The notes: generated by a model not told the origin, from the sequence alone. A DNA stretch of 64,000 nt from Octopus sinensis (GCF_006345805.1 NC_042998.1:70432001-70496000); one strand, 5' to 3'. Positions 39,401-53,379 are shown, numbered from the stretch's first letter. Numbers and translations: made by a program.

Positions 39401-40464
39401 TTGAATGTATGCGTATAAGTGTGAGAAAGAGCATGTTTGTATTTCCTTGTCTTGATATTACATGAATTGTTGTAAATAAATGCCATTTATCTCTAGTATT
39501 CAAGTTGAATATGAGCCACTATAATCTCACAATCCACTTAAATATTCGACTTTTTGTTGTCAAAAGTGATGGAAATTCCATCATAGCAAGCTGTTCTAGC
39601 ACTAAAGACAATAGCAAGGTCTCTACTAGGTTGCTCAACCTGCTAGAAATAGTAACCAAATCATTCTCTACCATTTTTAATTTGAAGTCAATTATGAACA
39701 GATGGAATGGTTATTGTTAGGATATCTTTGGTCATAGCTCTACTTGATCTAAGTTAACCCAAAGCTGAACAACAACAGCAAAGAGTGATACCCATTTGGT
39801 ATCCAGTTTGGCCATGAATGAGTCTCTCCATATTTTCAAAGACTTACTTCTCATTCGTCTAACATTAATTGTATTGAACACACCAGTGAATGACACTCTT
39901 ATAAGCATGACAAATTGTAAACCAAATTTTAAAACTTCCCTTTCTATATGTTTTTAAAATGTTTTAATAAAATTTAAATCCAACTCCATAAAACACTGCT
40001 GGCATTATTTTGAAAAACTGATTATTCCAGCAGTAGCTTGTATTTTCTTCATATGCATAATTTTCTCCATGTTTCATCTCCACAGAAAATAACTGCAATA
40101 TTAAAAATAGCTCAGTACTCAACTATCAAAATTAGCATATTCATAGCTTAATGTAGATTTTAGGACAAAATACAGTCAATTAAAACCATGCATACATACA
40201 CACATACATATATACACATGCATACATACATACATTCTCTTTTACTCTTTTATTTGTTTCAGTCATCTGACTGTGGCTATGCTGGAGCAATTCCTTTAGT
40301 CGTAAAAATCGACCCTAGGACTTATTCTTTGTAAGCCTAGTACTTATTCTGTCAGACTCTTTTGCTGAACCACTAAGTTATATGTGTGTGTGAGTGTGTG
40401 TATTCTTTTACTCATTTCAGCCATGTAGCTGCAGTCATATATATATATAGAGAGAGAGGGGGGA

Positions 40465-41640
40465 GGGGTGTTCAGTCTAAACTTGGCAGTTTGCATGAAA
40501 GGAAGAGAAAACATTACATTCTACTTAAAATTTAAACTATTTTAAAATTCAAAAAATACCAACTAGATTATGGCTGGGAGATAACTGTTCACTCAATGTA
40601 GCCACTCTCTGCTTCACCATGGCCTCAAGACAGCTCTGGAACCTGGTGCATGCATTTCTCACTGTGACTCTGGAAAGATCTTTGAACACCTCCTTGGTCT
40701 TGGTCACCAGCATGGCCTTGGTGTTGTGTTGCAGGAAAAGCAGTTGATGTCTTTTGAAATTGCACCCTGTGCATTGTAATCCATGGGATTATAATCAGTG
40801 GAACTGGTGAAGTCAGGGGCTAGTGAAGTCATAGAAATTCTCTGACAACTGCTCCTGACTCTTATGGCAAGGAGCTGAGTCCTGCTGTCACACATATGGT
40901 CTTCAAGAGGCAACCATTTCCATCCAGGGTTTGATCACAATCTCCAGCAGTATCGCCAAAGATGTCTGAATTGATCCTAAGGCTCTGTTCAAAAATTTGA
41001 AGTGGCATCACATCACCCTTACTAAGGTGACATTACACACCCACAAACCATTACAGTGTGGGGGGGAAATGGTTTTCATGATACAATGAGACATGACATA
41101 GACAGTAGGCAGGCTACCTGTTCTGGGTGTTGTACAAGTGATACTAGTAGAAGTTCTTTTCATCTGAGAAAAACCAGGTCATCTCTGGCTCCACAGGATA
41201 CCTCAGCTTATTCAAAGTCTCTTTGCTTTTCATCAAGCAGTTCTTCTGGGTCTTGGTTGTCAGAATTTGTTTGTTGTACCTCGTGCATGAGCCCTCCTTT
41301 AGGGCTAGCTTCATGATGGCAACCCCCTCACTCATCTCTCTCACTAAAGCCCAGATTCCCTTTCTTGGATCTTCCATCACTTTGTCTTGCAATTCTTGGA
41401 TGAATTCCGGCTTGCGGACACAGTCAGAACATCTGCTGTATCCCTTCCTGCTGGCCATGGTTTCATAGTTTTCATTGTATAGCTGTCCATATCACATCTT
41501 ACAGACTTTACAGTGTTCACAGAGCATTGACTAGCAGTCATAACATTAACATTTTAATACTCAGCACGAATCATCATGATACAGGTAACACTTTTTCAAT
41601 ATTCAGATGATTTCCAGCCCTCCATGTCAGTTACCTTTTT
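40465..41640 (-). mobile_element. Decayed Tc1/mariner-superfamily transposase, maT (DD37D)-like
   Basis: Minus strand: VRKPEFIQELQDKVMEDPRKG...WFFSDEKNF (first D), GDVMPLQIFEQSLRINS, PYV*QQDSAPCH (second D), SSTDYNPMDY (third D). Indels prevent an exact D-D count; TIRs not resolved. Confidence 0.85.
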
Positions 41641-41861
41641 TTCAACTACAACTTTAATCTTTATGCTCTCCAATGCTGTTGACTGTTCACCAATGCATTA
41701 AGCTGTTCCTGAATATATATATATATATATATAAAATTTTATAATTATACTCATAATTATAAAATTTTTGTTTAAGTTTACTGATAATGGTTCTTTTAAC
41801 ATACCGAACTACTTGGTAAAATTATTAATTATTAATTAATTTTACCCTTTATTATTATTAC

Positions 41862-41937
<76 letters not shown>

Positions 41938-41974
41938 TATATATATTAATTTAAATAATTTGGGAAAATGAATT

Positions 41975-42496
<522 letters not shown>

Positions 42497-43109
42497 TACA
42501 AATCAAAATAGTTTGATTCAAACTCCTTGGTAATCTTCTGCCAATGGTATGTACACACACACACACTCACATGCACATATATGTATATATGTATAATTGC
42601 TACAAGGCAAAAAAGAGAGACAAGAGTGGGTACTGAATACTGGGCTCTTTAAAACTCATGAATCATAACTCTGAGTTTCTCACTGCCTTTCTTCTGAAAG
42701 TTATGGACAACAGAAGAAAGAAACCAATACATATCATAAAACATTCAGGAAATAATTGAATATCGTGGCAAGTTTGGCTTGTCATGATATTGAAATTCAA
42801 TGTTAATTGAGAACATAAAGCAACTGCTATCTAAATAGAAAGTTAGGAGAGATAAGAAAAGTTTGAGTGGCTTAGATTATGCATTTAAAAAATGAAAATA
42901 AAGAAACAACACAAATAGATGCAGAAAGATGCATGTATGGTGTAGAAAAGTATGGATGTGGCTAACATTATGTATGGTCCAGAAGAAGTTTGTAAATGGA
43001 TAAAAGGAAAAAAAAATGATATGCTGGCAATGATATAAGAAAATTTAATTTAAAACGTATGAAGCATGCAAGAGGAATAAAGATGAGATACAAGAAAAAC
43101 AGCTTCTTC

Positions 43110-43285
43110 GACCTGTTAGCATATAAAGCAGCCAGATGTGATCTCTCATACCTACCCTGTTATGTCATTCTAAAAATAAACGTCATTGACATCTCAGAGA
43201 TATGAGATGATGCTTGATTAATTCCAAACATTGTAAATAAATAAGCATTACATTTGACAGATAATCTGAATGCTAAAGGGTTAAA
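43110..43285. mobile_element. Remnant of the piggyBac-type MITE seen at 13351
   Basis: Shares TACCCT..ATGT.ATTCTAAAAAT, AATAAATAAG and CTGAATGCTAAAGGGTTAA. Confidence 0.7.
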
Positions 43286-43958
43286 GGAGAATTTTTCAGG
43301 AATGGAGATAAGTAGCCTGATAAAATATGAATGTGGGAACTAATAATTTTCCTTTATTTATACGTACATATGGCATTATTCATTTGGGGTCGCATGACAT
43401 ACTAATAGATATTAGGGAGTGCGTTTGTAATTTGATAAAAACTCAGATCTTAAATTCAGACCTTTCAAATTTTGAAATCAATAACCACATACAGATGGCG
43501 GCTGGGTTTTTACCAAAATCTTTTATGTCTGTATGAGAGTGTAAAAACACTGACCAGGTTATTAGGTTATTTTAAATGTATGTGTACATTGATAAAGCTG
43601 AGGTGAATTTCCAGTCTGGTTGATAAAAGAATGCCAATGCTGACAAAGATGAGCCTATACACACACACATGCATGCGCAGACACGCATGCACACACACTC
43701 ACTAATTGAAGTGCAGTATGAGAGCAGTCGTCATATTTCATTCCATAACTGCCATCTTTGAAGAGCACAGGGTTACATAATTGGAATGCTACCTAACACT
43801 CCATTGAACTCCTAGTGTGAAACCAGTTGGCAAGGTTGGCCATGATGGATGTATAATACTGTACATTTCGATTAATACACCTACTCTACTAACAAATATA
43901 CAAGTGCATATTTTTACTGACCTATGGATTCTTAGACAGCTAAATAGATATGTGTATG

Positions 43959-43999
<41 letters not shown>

Positions 44000-44218
44000 C
44001 AACGATGATCTGGTTCTTGACTGAAGATTAAAGGCTTCGAATGACCTGTCCATGTTGTTTGTATGGTCTTCTGGATGTTTTGCGTTCTTGTCCCATTTTG
44101 TATTTATATATATATATATCTATGTATGTATGTATATATATACTTCGTTGTGCCATTTATTTGCTTTTATGTATAATTTTCCCTCACGGGCTATTCTTTA
44201 CTGGAAAGCAATACTCTC

Positions 44219-44261
<43 letters not shown>

Positions 44262-45599
44262 CATATATACATACAAACATACACAGATACATATATATAT
44301 ATATATGTACATGCACATGTATAATCATTGTTCCATGTCAGCTTTTCTGCATTAGCATGGATCGAGTAGGAGTTTTTGAGACAGTGTTTATGGTCAGGGG
44401 CTTTGCTAGCACTAACCTTTTTTTATTCACCTAAAATCACGTATATTTACACAAATAAAACCAATGCTCCTGAGAACTAGTAGCAATCTCTATTGGCAAA
44501 AATAATTTGGTAAATTTTGAAAATTTGTCTAATGATTTCTCATTCTGTACTCTTCATTACCTACAATTTTATCAAATACATGAACTTTACTAAATTTATA
44601 TATATATATATAAACTATGTTTATTTTTTGCTTGTGTTTTCACAGTCTGTTAGTTAATCTGTTACACTTAAACTATAATAAATGTTTTGGTAAATTTCCT
44701 TATTTTAGAAGTCTAAAAGCCAGTTACAAATTATTGTTAAAATGTTCGTTTTTGTTGCTATTTCTGTCATCTTCTTTTCTTGTAGAGTTCCTATGAATTT
44801 GGGCTAACCTCGTATGATGTTGGGTATTTCACTTCTCTATGACACCCCTTACTTTGTTTTGTTATCTCTGTGGTCATGTATTATGCAAATTAGTGCTCCT
44901 GTTCATTCTTGGTTGATGTTGTTGTTGTTGTCATTATTGTAGTTGTTGTCGTTTGTTTCCATTCCTCCTACATCATGACTAGTTTAGTTTTTACTTTGTG
45001 ATTTATTTCCTCAACCCTGACCAACTTGAACCACTTGTCTCCAAGTACAGTTCTCAGTTTTGTGTAGAGGTAGACTCTTAAAGTTTATTTATTTCATGTT
45101 TCCTGTTACTTTAAACACAACAGTTCACTTGGTGTATCTTTTAACAGTCTTCAGGTTCTGATTGCCTCTTTGGTTTGGATATCATTTCTACCTAGCACAT
45201 GCATATATGCACCCACATGCATACACACTCTAACACAAATGCACACAGACACATACATGCATACACTTACACTAACACGACATAGTACAGGCATGTATAC
45301 ACAGAAACAGAAATAAATCAGTTACTCACAACCCATGCACAGAACCTTTTACTACACAGACACACAAATCTTTTCTACAGATGCACACATGTGGATATCC
45401 TCACATATTCAAATGTGAAACACCGGAAGATGGCCAGAAAATATACCAACCAAAACAGTGTAAAACAATGACCAAACTGTTGACTTTTTTGTGACCTTCA
45501 TGTTGTCTCCACCTTGAACAGTCAACACCTCCATTTGATATTGTGTTCTCACTGTATGCTATCCACTTCACACATCTAGTTTAGCCTACCATGTGATAC

Positions 45600-45900
45600 C
45601 ATTAAACCCTAGTGACATTCAATGAGTAGTCTGCTAGTGTCCATGGTTTTATTGACATGTTACCTCCATGTGAAATATTGTAGTTCACTGACTAACCTGT
45701 AATGCCTGGCAAACATATTGTAATGTTTGATGAAGTTGTAATGACAAACATGTTTAAAAGAGTTGTACTATTTGAAAACTGAATGCTTCTTTGGCATGTT
45801 GTCATGTTTGATATAGTTGTAATGTTTGACAAACATTTTAATAACAGAATCATGTTTAATGTTTGACAAACATACTTGACAGACCTGTTTTTATAATTTA
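45600..45900. repeat. Short-period degenerate repeat (TGTTTGA(C/T)(A/G)AA.../AAACAT); a similar tract lies at ~4520-4800
   Basis: Recurring ATGTTTGA and ACAAACAT. Confidence 0.55.
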
Positions 45901-47544
45901 TATCATTTGGCCAAAAGAGAAGGGCAATACCTTGGGCTTTTGGTGGTACTCCCCTATTGCCGAGATTGATGTGGATGATGGTCAGCTGTTACTTGTATCG
46001 GAGGGAAAATGAGGACAAAGATGTATTTTGAGAGTTGCAGTTATGGAGAAGAAATATTGTATTTTGTTTGTGCTTAGTATGGGGTTATAGTGAGAGAAAT
46101 TTCAATAAGGTTGATGAAAGCTAGAGTGGTAGACAGCTTTGCTTGTTCAGAGACTCAAGATCTGCCGAGGTTGTGGTTGAACAAACAGACAAATAGACAA
46201 TGAACATATATGTTAGTAATTTGTTTTCAGTGTTGGTAAGAGATGATTCTCCCAAATAGTCAGATCATTTTGGTGGGATGTGACATTGTAACAGCACCAC
46301 CACAAAAGAACGAGTGACTGAACAGACCTGAAAGTATTTTCTAATCCTAAAGGGGAAGCCTATATTTTGTGAAACTCTTTTGTCTGGTATAGATATTGGA
46401 TCAACATAAACCTTTCTATCTGCTATAGATATAGGATTAACATGAGAAGTTGTGTGATGTTCAACAGTTTGGAGTGGATCTACCATGCTCAACAGATATT
46501 TAGTTTACTAAAATTGTAACATAGCTAGGAGTTCTTGCTAATTTTTTTTAACAAACCACAAGAATCCCTAATAGTCTTTATGAAACTTCACTTCAGTTTT
46601 CATAAAGATGTGCAGTATTGATCTGTAGATATTTTGGGGTATGGAAAGAATTGGACTTCGAGCTATAAGTCAGTATGTCATTATCAGTGTCATTCCCTGT
46701 AGATGAGAGATACACCACCTTGTAGTAACTATTTATGGCCAGGTGGACAGTTATGATATACCACCTCATAGGACTCAGTTTATAGCTAGGTGAGCGATTA
46801 ACTGTGTTAACCCCAGCCAGACATACTACAGTGCTGCTCACAAAATATGAACCACTAACTTCTCATTTTGTCTGCTACCACTAACCATTGACCTCTCCTC
46901 TTGGCTGGTGTAGCAACCATTGACCTTTGTCTCTTGTCTTCTAAACATCACCTGTTGACATTTCATTTTGTCTGCTACTTCAACCACTCAGTTGCTAACC
47001 TCACCCCAGGCTCGGTTTGTCCTCTTCCCCCCTCTTCCTCCATCTCCTCTTCCACATTATTATCATCATCACCATCATTATCAGCAACAAGTCAATGGCA
47101 GAGTCTCTGCATGGTCATTTGATCTTTTAGAAATAGCAGCCAAACCTTCCTCGTATTGATTGCACTAGTCTTAATAAAACAATGACATATTGGATCATGT
47201 ATTCCTAGATGCATTATGCCTGTATAAAGGACAGGAGAGTGCCATCTGGAAGATATAATTTTAAATCATATCATTAGATCAAAGTCAATTAAAATAACTG
47301 CATCATCATCATTATCATCACTACCACCATCATCACTGAACCACCTCTACCACCACCACCACCACCATCACCATCACCACCTTTATCATAATCACCCCCA
47401 CTACCTCCACCATCATCACTACCTTTATCACAACCATCAGCACCAGCACCGTCACCATCATAGAAAAATATAAGTACTAGTTGTATATTAGGTTAATTCA
47501 TTCTTCTTTAAAAATCTATGGACTTCTGTTTAATTGTTGTTATT

Positions 47545-47591
<47 letters not shown>

Positions 47592-47790
47592 TAAGGTGGT
47601 GAGCTGGCAGAATTGTTAGCATGCTTGTTGCTGTTCTGCGTTCAAATTCTGCCGAGGTCGACTTTGCTTTCATACCTTCAGGGTCGATAAATTAAGTACC
47701 AGTTGAATACTGGGGTCAATCTAATCAACTCATCTCCTCCCCCAAAATTGCTGCCCTTGTGACAAAATTTGAAACTGTTATTATCATCAT
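47592..47790 (+). mobile_element. SINE family B
   Basis: AAGGTGGTGAGCTGGCAGAATTGTTAGC...GCCGAGGTCGACTTTGC.TTTCAT.CCTTCAGGGTCGATAAATTAAGTACCAG. Confidence 0.88.
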
Positions 47791-47879
47791 CATCATCATT
47801 ATTATTATTATTATTATTGTTATTATTATAATTATTGCTGTTGTTGTTGCTATAACTGGGGTAGTATTCCCAGTTCATG

Positions 47880-48420
47880 ATAACCCCTCCAGGGGTGGTA
47901 ATGTAGTTAGCCAGGTTTGCCTCATTATGTGTGCAAGGGACAAAACTGTTCTCCAAACATTCTGTTCGGTGCAGGATGGATCTGGCTAAGAGCCCACCAC
48001 TTTTCTTTGGTCAAGAAGAGCAAGTAATTTCCTTCTCCCTGGTGGTAATGACAAAAGTGATTCTATCATGGATAGGACCAAAAGGACTAAAGACTGACAC
48101 CTTCTTTGGCCAAACCATCATCATCATCAGCTTCTTCAGTCTCCAACTGAAGAGGAAAGTGAGGGTAGAAAGGGGAGGTGCTACCCTCCAGCAAATTTGC
48201 TGAAAGATGAGTGAGGGCAGTGAACAAGGCCTGAGTGAATGGTGTTTCATATGAGCATGTATCTGTAGGCTGGAGTACCCAGTGAGGAGAGGGTATTTAC
48301 TGTTTGGCAGTTCTAGAAATCCCAAATCTGAGGAGTTCCTTGATTGTGCCCCCACCTTCAATCAGATAATTGTCCCCAGCTAAGTGGGATGTCTCATTTC
48401 ATAACTTTCATACCATTATT
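47880..48420 (-). mobile_element. Possible CR1-group LINE ORF2 C-terminal remnant
   Basis: Minus strand reads HRTECLENSFVPCTHNEAN, resembling RTxxFxNSFxPxTxxEWN. Confidence 0.4.
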
Positions 48421-48560
48421 TTCCATACCTGTTTGTCTTTTTCTTATTTCTATGTAAATCCCTTCTATTGATATTTTTGGAATTTCTTTTCCTTGGGATG
48501 TTCCATCCTTCTATTACCTTTCTGGCAAATAAACAATACAATTGTTGTTGTTATTATTGC

Positions 48561-48611
<51 letters not shown>

Positions 48612-49174
48612 TATTGTTATTGTTATTAGTATTATTATTATTATTATTGAATGACAGAGCAGCGTATGCCATCAAAGTGACACTGGGGTTATTATTATTG
48701 TTTTGCAGAGAAGGATATGGTTGAGAGCAAGAAGAAAACAACAGCATTAGGGAAACTCTTTCGGAATATGGGTCTTCGTAAATCTGGCAGGAACAAGTTC
48801 TCCTATAAACAGCATCAAGGTAAGGGATCTAATAATACGTAAAGTACAGCTGAATATCTGTGCATACACAAACATACCTATATGTATATGTTCATATATA
48901 TATATATACATATATGTATATATACACACATACATATGTATATGTTCATATATATATATATACATATATGTATATATACACACATACATATATATATGTA
49001 CAAATATATATACATATATATAAACGTACATATGAACGTACATGTATCAGTACGTGGCTGTAGATGTATATATAGTATATATGTGTGTATGCATATGTGT
49101 GTATATAAATGTGTGCTTGTACATTTGTATGTGTGTGTGTATATATATATATATATAGAGAGAGAGAGATAGAT

Positions 49175-49371
49175 AGATATTGATTGGCCATGATAGATCG
49201 CTAGCCACTACACATTATTTTCTCTCTTTGTTTCTTTCTGTGTTCCTTTCTGTGGAAGAGTGTAGACTCAAAACGTTAAAGACTTTTTCACTTCCTGAGC
49301 GTTATACTAATACATCATCTGTTTGTTGTCTACAAAACCTGTCTTCATCTTTCGTTTTTTGTGAATTCTCC

Positions 49372-49372
<1 letters not shown>
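49175..49372 (+). mobile_element. Penelope-type terminal repeat with a decayed hammerhead-like motif (49246-49281)
   Basis: CTTT-CTGTGGA-A-GAG(tgtaga)CTC-AAAA-CGTT-AAAG has the same architecture as 31524-31571; flanked by (TA)n. Confidence 0.6.
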
Positions 49373-49424
<52 letters not shown>

Positions 49425-49429
49425 CTCCT

Positions 49430-49600
49430 CATCATCAGCGTTGTCATTGTTTAACGTCTACTTTCCATGCTGGCATGGGTTAGGTGGTTTGACTATCTGA
49501 TCTAGTAAGGTTTCTACATTTGGATGACCTTCCTAACACCAATCACTCCGAGAGAGTAGTGGGTGCTTTTTGCATGCCACTGGCATGGGGGCCAGTCAGG
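49430..49600 (-). mobile_element. Degenerate family C fragment
   Basis: GTTTAACGTCTACTTTCCATGCTGGCATGGGTT...GGATGACCTTCCTAACACCAATCACTCCG...GGGTGCTTTTTGCATGCCAC. Confidence 0.75.
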
Positions 49601-50167
49601 CATTACTGTCCACACACATACACATATAAATGCACACATATTTACATATACACACATATATACATACAGCCACTCAATGATACATGCACATATATATGTG
49701 TGTGCATCCTCGTGGATATAAATCCATCATCCTTATAAATACATATTCATATAAATTTGTGTGTGTGTGTGGAAGGTCATGTGTGTAAATGAATGTATGT
49801 AGACGTGACTGGAGAAAATGTCATTTGAAGTTCTCAAGAATGTGGATACTTATAAATATACATGAATCACTTGTTTATTACATGCAAACTTTCTAATTTA
49901 TATACACAATCTACATGCTTGAGACCTTGATGTAATAAATACTAATTGCAAAATTTAAAATCAAAAATTGTAAACATAAAATAAATTACTTAATTAAATA
50001 CCAACAAATCAAAACATAAATCAATAAAATAAAATTTAATTACTACGCTTCCTCCTCCTCCTCCTCCTCCTCTTCTTTTTATCTCCTTCCAATTGAAAAT
50101 CTCAGCATTGAAACTATGAACTGGTGCCATCATTTACCAATTCCACAGCCCTGTTGCAATGGAATTC

Positions 50168-50198
<31 letters not shown>

Positions 50199-51311
50199 CT
50201 TCACCATGTCCTACTGTATAGTACTGTGATCTGGTTCAATTCCTGAGAGGAAAATCAACAATTTATCATGTTCCATGTTCCCTTTTTATTCTTCCATTTC
50301 TCTCCCCACCCCACGCATGCAACCATTCAACCCTCCTCTCCCACCATCTGTGTCTGGGCTTTTTCTCTACTTTAAAAAAAAAAATCACAACTCATCATTT
50401 TTGTCTTGATGAATTACATTCCTAACCTTCCTGTTGCTATGGGACCTGATACCTCACCATTCTGCTCCTCCTGTGCAACCTCCCACCATCATTCATTCTG
50501 ACCCAGCCTCATCCTTTCTATTGTTTCTCCCTCATTCGCTCTCATGCTTTCTACCTTCCTGCATCGCCGCTCTTGTGTTCAGCCATTCATGCAGTCAGAT
50601 GTCCCATCTAACCCTGCCCCTATCTCTCACAATCCAATGCTGTCAACCAAGACTAACAGCAACAGCAGGGGCTGTAACAAAGAGCCCTAAAAATCTTTAT
50701 TTAGGGCTCAGCTCCTCTATTGACCAGTAACAAGCATAGCTGTGTGTTGTGCTCTGTGGAAATGGTGATTAGTATTGTAATCTATAGTAAAAGAGTCTGT
50801 TATTGCTGCTTCCTTTTCTGGAACGTTGCCAGAATGACTTGCTGCAAAAAGCTGGGAATGTCTTTCAACTGATCTTGGAGAATTCATTGAATCCGTTCCG
50901 CTTCTTCAGTGACACCCATCTCCTCACCAAATATGGCAGTGTGTGTGTGTGTGTGTACACATACACATCATTGTTTTGTGTATATGTATATGTGTGTGCG
51001 TGTATCTTTGTGCTTGTTGTGTGTTAGTCTGCATGTGTGTATGTATATTGATATGTGTATATGTTTTGACCTGTGTATATGTATACGTGTCTGTATTTGC
51101 AAGTTGTGTATGTGCATACTTATAATTTAACATATGCATGTGTGGATACACACATACAAACACACACACATACACATCTGTCTGAGTATGTTTCTCTGTA
51201 TTTATATGATTTGTTTTTCTGTGTATATTTTTGTTTGGGTACTTGTGTGTGTGTATATATCCTTATGTATATATATACATATATGTGTGTGTGTGTAAGT
51301 ATGTATATGTA

Positions 51312-51360
<49 letters not shown>

Positions 51361-51733
51361 GTATACGGTTTTGCTTTCTATTGATTGATCACTTCATTGT
51401 ACCATGCTTGTCTTCACTCTGTAAAATTGATAGAATCACAGAACAATTTATGATGGCCATTTTACTTCAATTAGTATCAAATCACAGTCTTCTCTTTAAG
51501 TTATATTGGTTCTTGGAGAGAATCAGCTCTGCCGATTATTTCAACAGCATCTTCTTCATGCCTCAATCTTTTTCACTGTCAGGCTCATTCCTTATGGCAC
51601 CTCAATTTATTTGCCAAATATAACATTTTGTTATATCATGCACAGTTCTTTACTATCACTTTTTACAGTTTGTGTGTGCGTGTATTCGTTCATACATTTT
51701 TATGTCTGTTTTTCTATGCTAGCACAGTTTAGA

Positions 51734-51910
51734 CACGTGAGGAAGTCCTGAAAAGTTCTTGACCAAGTTCTTTTAGAGGGCTTAGGAAAACTGAAGGACT
51801 GCTGCCATAAGTATGTGAATCTGAGAGGGGATTATGTTGAATAGAATCATAATTAACTGATTTTCCATTTTTTTAATCCAAAGCTAGGAACTGTTTAGTA
51901 CCCTCTTGTA
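51734..51910 (+). mobile_element. Internally deleted mariner element (MITE-like)
   Basis: Degenerate TIRs (CACGTGAGGAAGTCCTGAAAAGTTC vs reverse-complemented TACAAGAGGGTACTAAACAGTTCC) and the mariner C-terminal HKYVNLRGDYVE*. Confidence 0.7.
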
Positions 51911-52083
51911 TATGCTATCAAGGTATTGTTTTACAGCCAGATACTTTTTTTTTCACTAACACTTATCTGTTTTCCAAATACAAGATCTTATATTTTATAT
52001 GTCTTTGAACATACAAAGTTAAAAAGGATTTGTGGATAGGATACATAACAACAACACACCTCATTTTGCAAAGCACACATACA

Positions 52084-52131
<48 letters not shown>

Positions 52132-52134
<3 letters not shown>

Positions 52135-52268
52135 TTCTTTCAGTTTCTATTTAACATTTAACTTACACAGTTTTCATTGGCTATAATAGAAGGCACTTGA
52201 TGAAGGTGCCATAAAATGAGACTAAGTACTTTCTTGTTATATAACTATGCTGAAATTGAGTGACTAAC

Positions 52269-52324
<56 letters not shown>

Positions 52325-52535
52325 ATATTTATGTGTATGTGTGTGTCTTTGTGTCTGTGTTTGTTCCTCCACCATCGATGTTGGTGTGCTTACATCTCCA
52401 TAACTTAGTGGTTCAGCAAAAGAGACCAATAGGATACGTTACAAAGAATAAGTCCTGGAGTCAATTGCTTCGACTAAAAGCCCTTTAAGGTAGTGCTCCA
52501 GCATGGCCACAGTCAAAATGACTGAAACAATTAAA
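52132..52535. mobile_element. SINE family A with the 5' half on the minus strand and the 3' half on the plus strand
   Basis: 52132-52265 is a reverse-complemented, degenerate head; 52330-52535 is a forward tail. Confidence 0.65.
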
Positions 52536-52547
52536 AGAATTATATGT

Positions 52548-52890
52548 GGCCGTTGCCAGCCTCGCCTGGCCCCCATGCTGGTGGCACGTAAAAAGCACCA
52601 TCCGTTCGTAGCCGTTGCCAGCCTCGCCTGGCCCCCGTGCCGGTGGCACATAAAAAGCGCCATCCGATCGTGGCCGTTTGCCAGACTCGTCTGGTACCTG
52701 TGCCGGTGGCACGTAAAAAGCACCCACTACACTCATGGAGTGGTTGGCGTTAGGAAGGGCATCCAGCCGTAGAAACATTGCCAGATCAAACTGGGCCTGT
52801 TGCAGCCTTCTGGCTTCCCAAACCCCAGTTGAACCGTCCAACCCATGCTAGCATGGAAAGCGGACGCTAAACGATGATGATGATGATGAT
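52548..52890 (+). mobile_element. Young family C RTE 3' end with three ~62-bp modules
   Basis: Modules at 52575, 52637 and 52700; closely similar to 62798-63140. Confidence 0.9.
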
Positions 52891-53222
52891 GATAACGAAT
52901 AAAAGATATATATATATATATATCGATGTACAAGTACTTACTTTTATTTATTATATTATTATATTAATTTTTATTGTTCAACTTATACTTTATTTGATTT
53001 TAGATTCATATTTTGATAATTAATGTTTCTTTGTATGGTATTCGCTGTGATTTTAAAAGTATTTGTTCTTATATATTATATGATTGTAATAATCTTACTG
53101 TTCAATATTACATATTATCAAAATTTTAGATTAGTATTTTGTATGGTATATGTCTCACAGCATGGTTTTGGAGAGGTTCTTCATTGACTGAGCTGTGGAG
53201 TGGTGGTTTGTGTCTAAATTAG

Positions 53223-53271
<49 letters not shown>

Positions 53272-53379
53272 TAAATACAGACAAACAGACAGATAGATAG
53301 ATAGATACACACAAGGCAATTGGTAATTTGCTGAGTTTAAGAAGAATCACTCACCTATGTAAAATCAAGGCCACGCAGA

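Noticed and set aside
44015-44060. CTGAAGA...CGAATG hammerhead-like words
   Set aside because: No GAAA, and no convincing stem I, II or III.
45419-45465. CCGGAAGATGG...CCAAAACAGTGT, a possible fourth decayed hammerhead
   Set aside because: Two core changes, a poor stem II and no NUH triplet; unsupported without a family consensus.
50927-50936. Perfect CArG box CCAAATATGG
   Set aside because: CC(A/T)6GG is expected several times by chance in 64 kb of AT-rich DNA, and there is no supporting promoter context.
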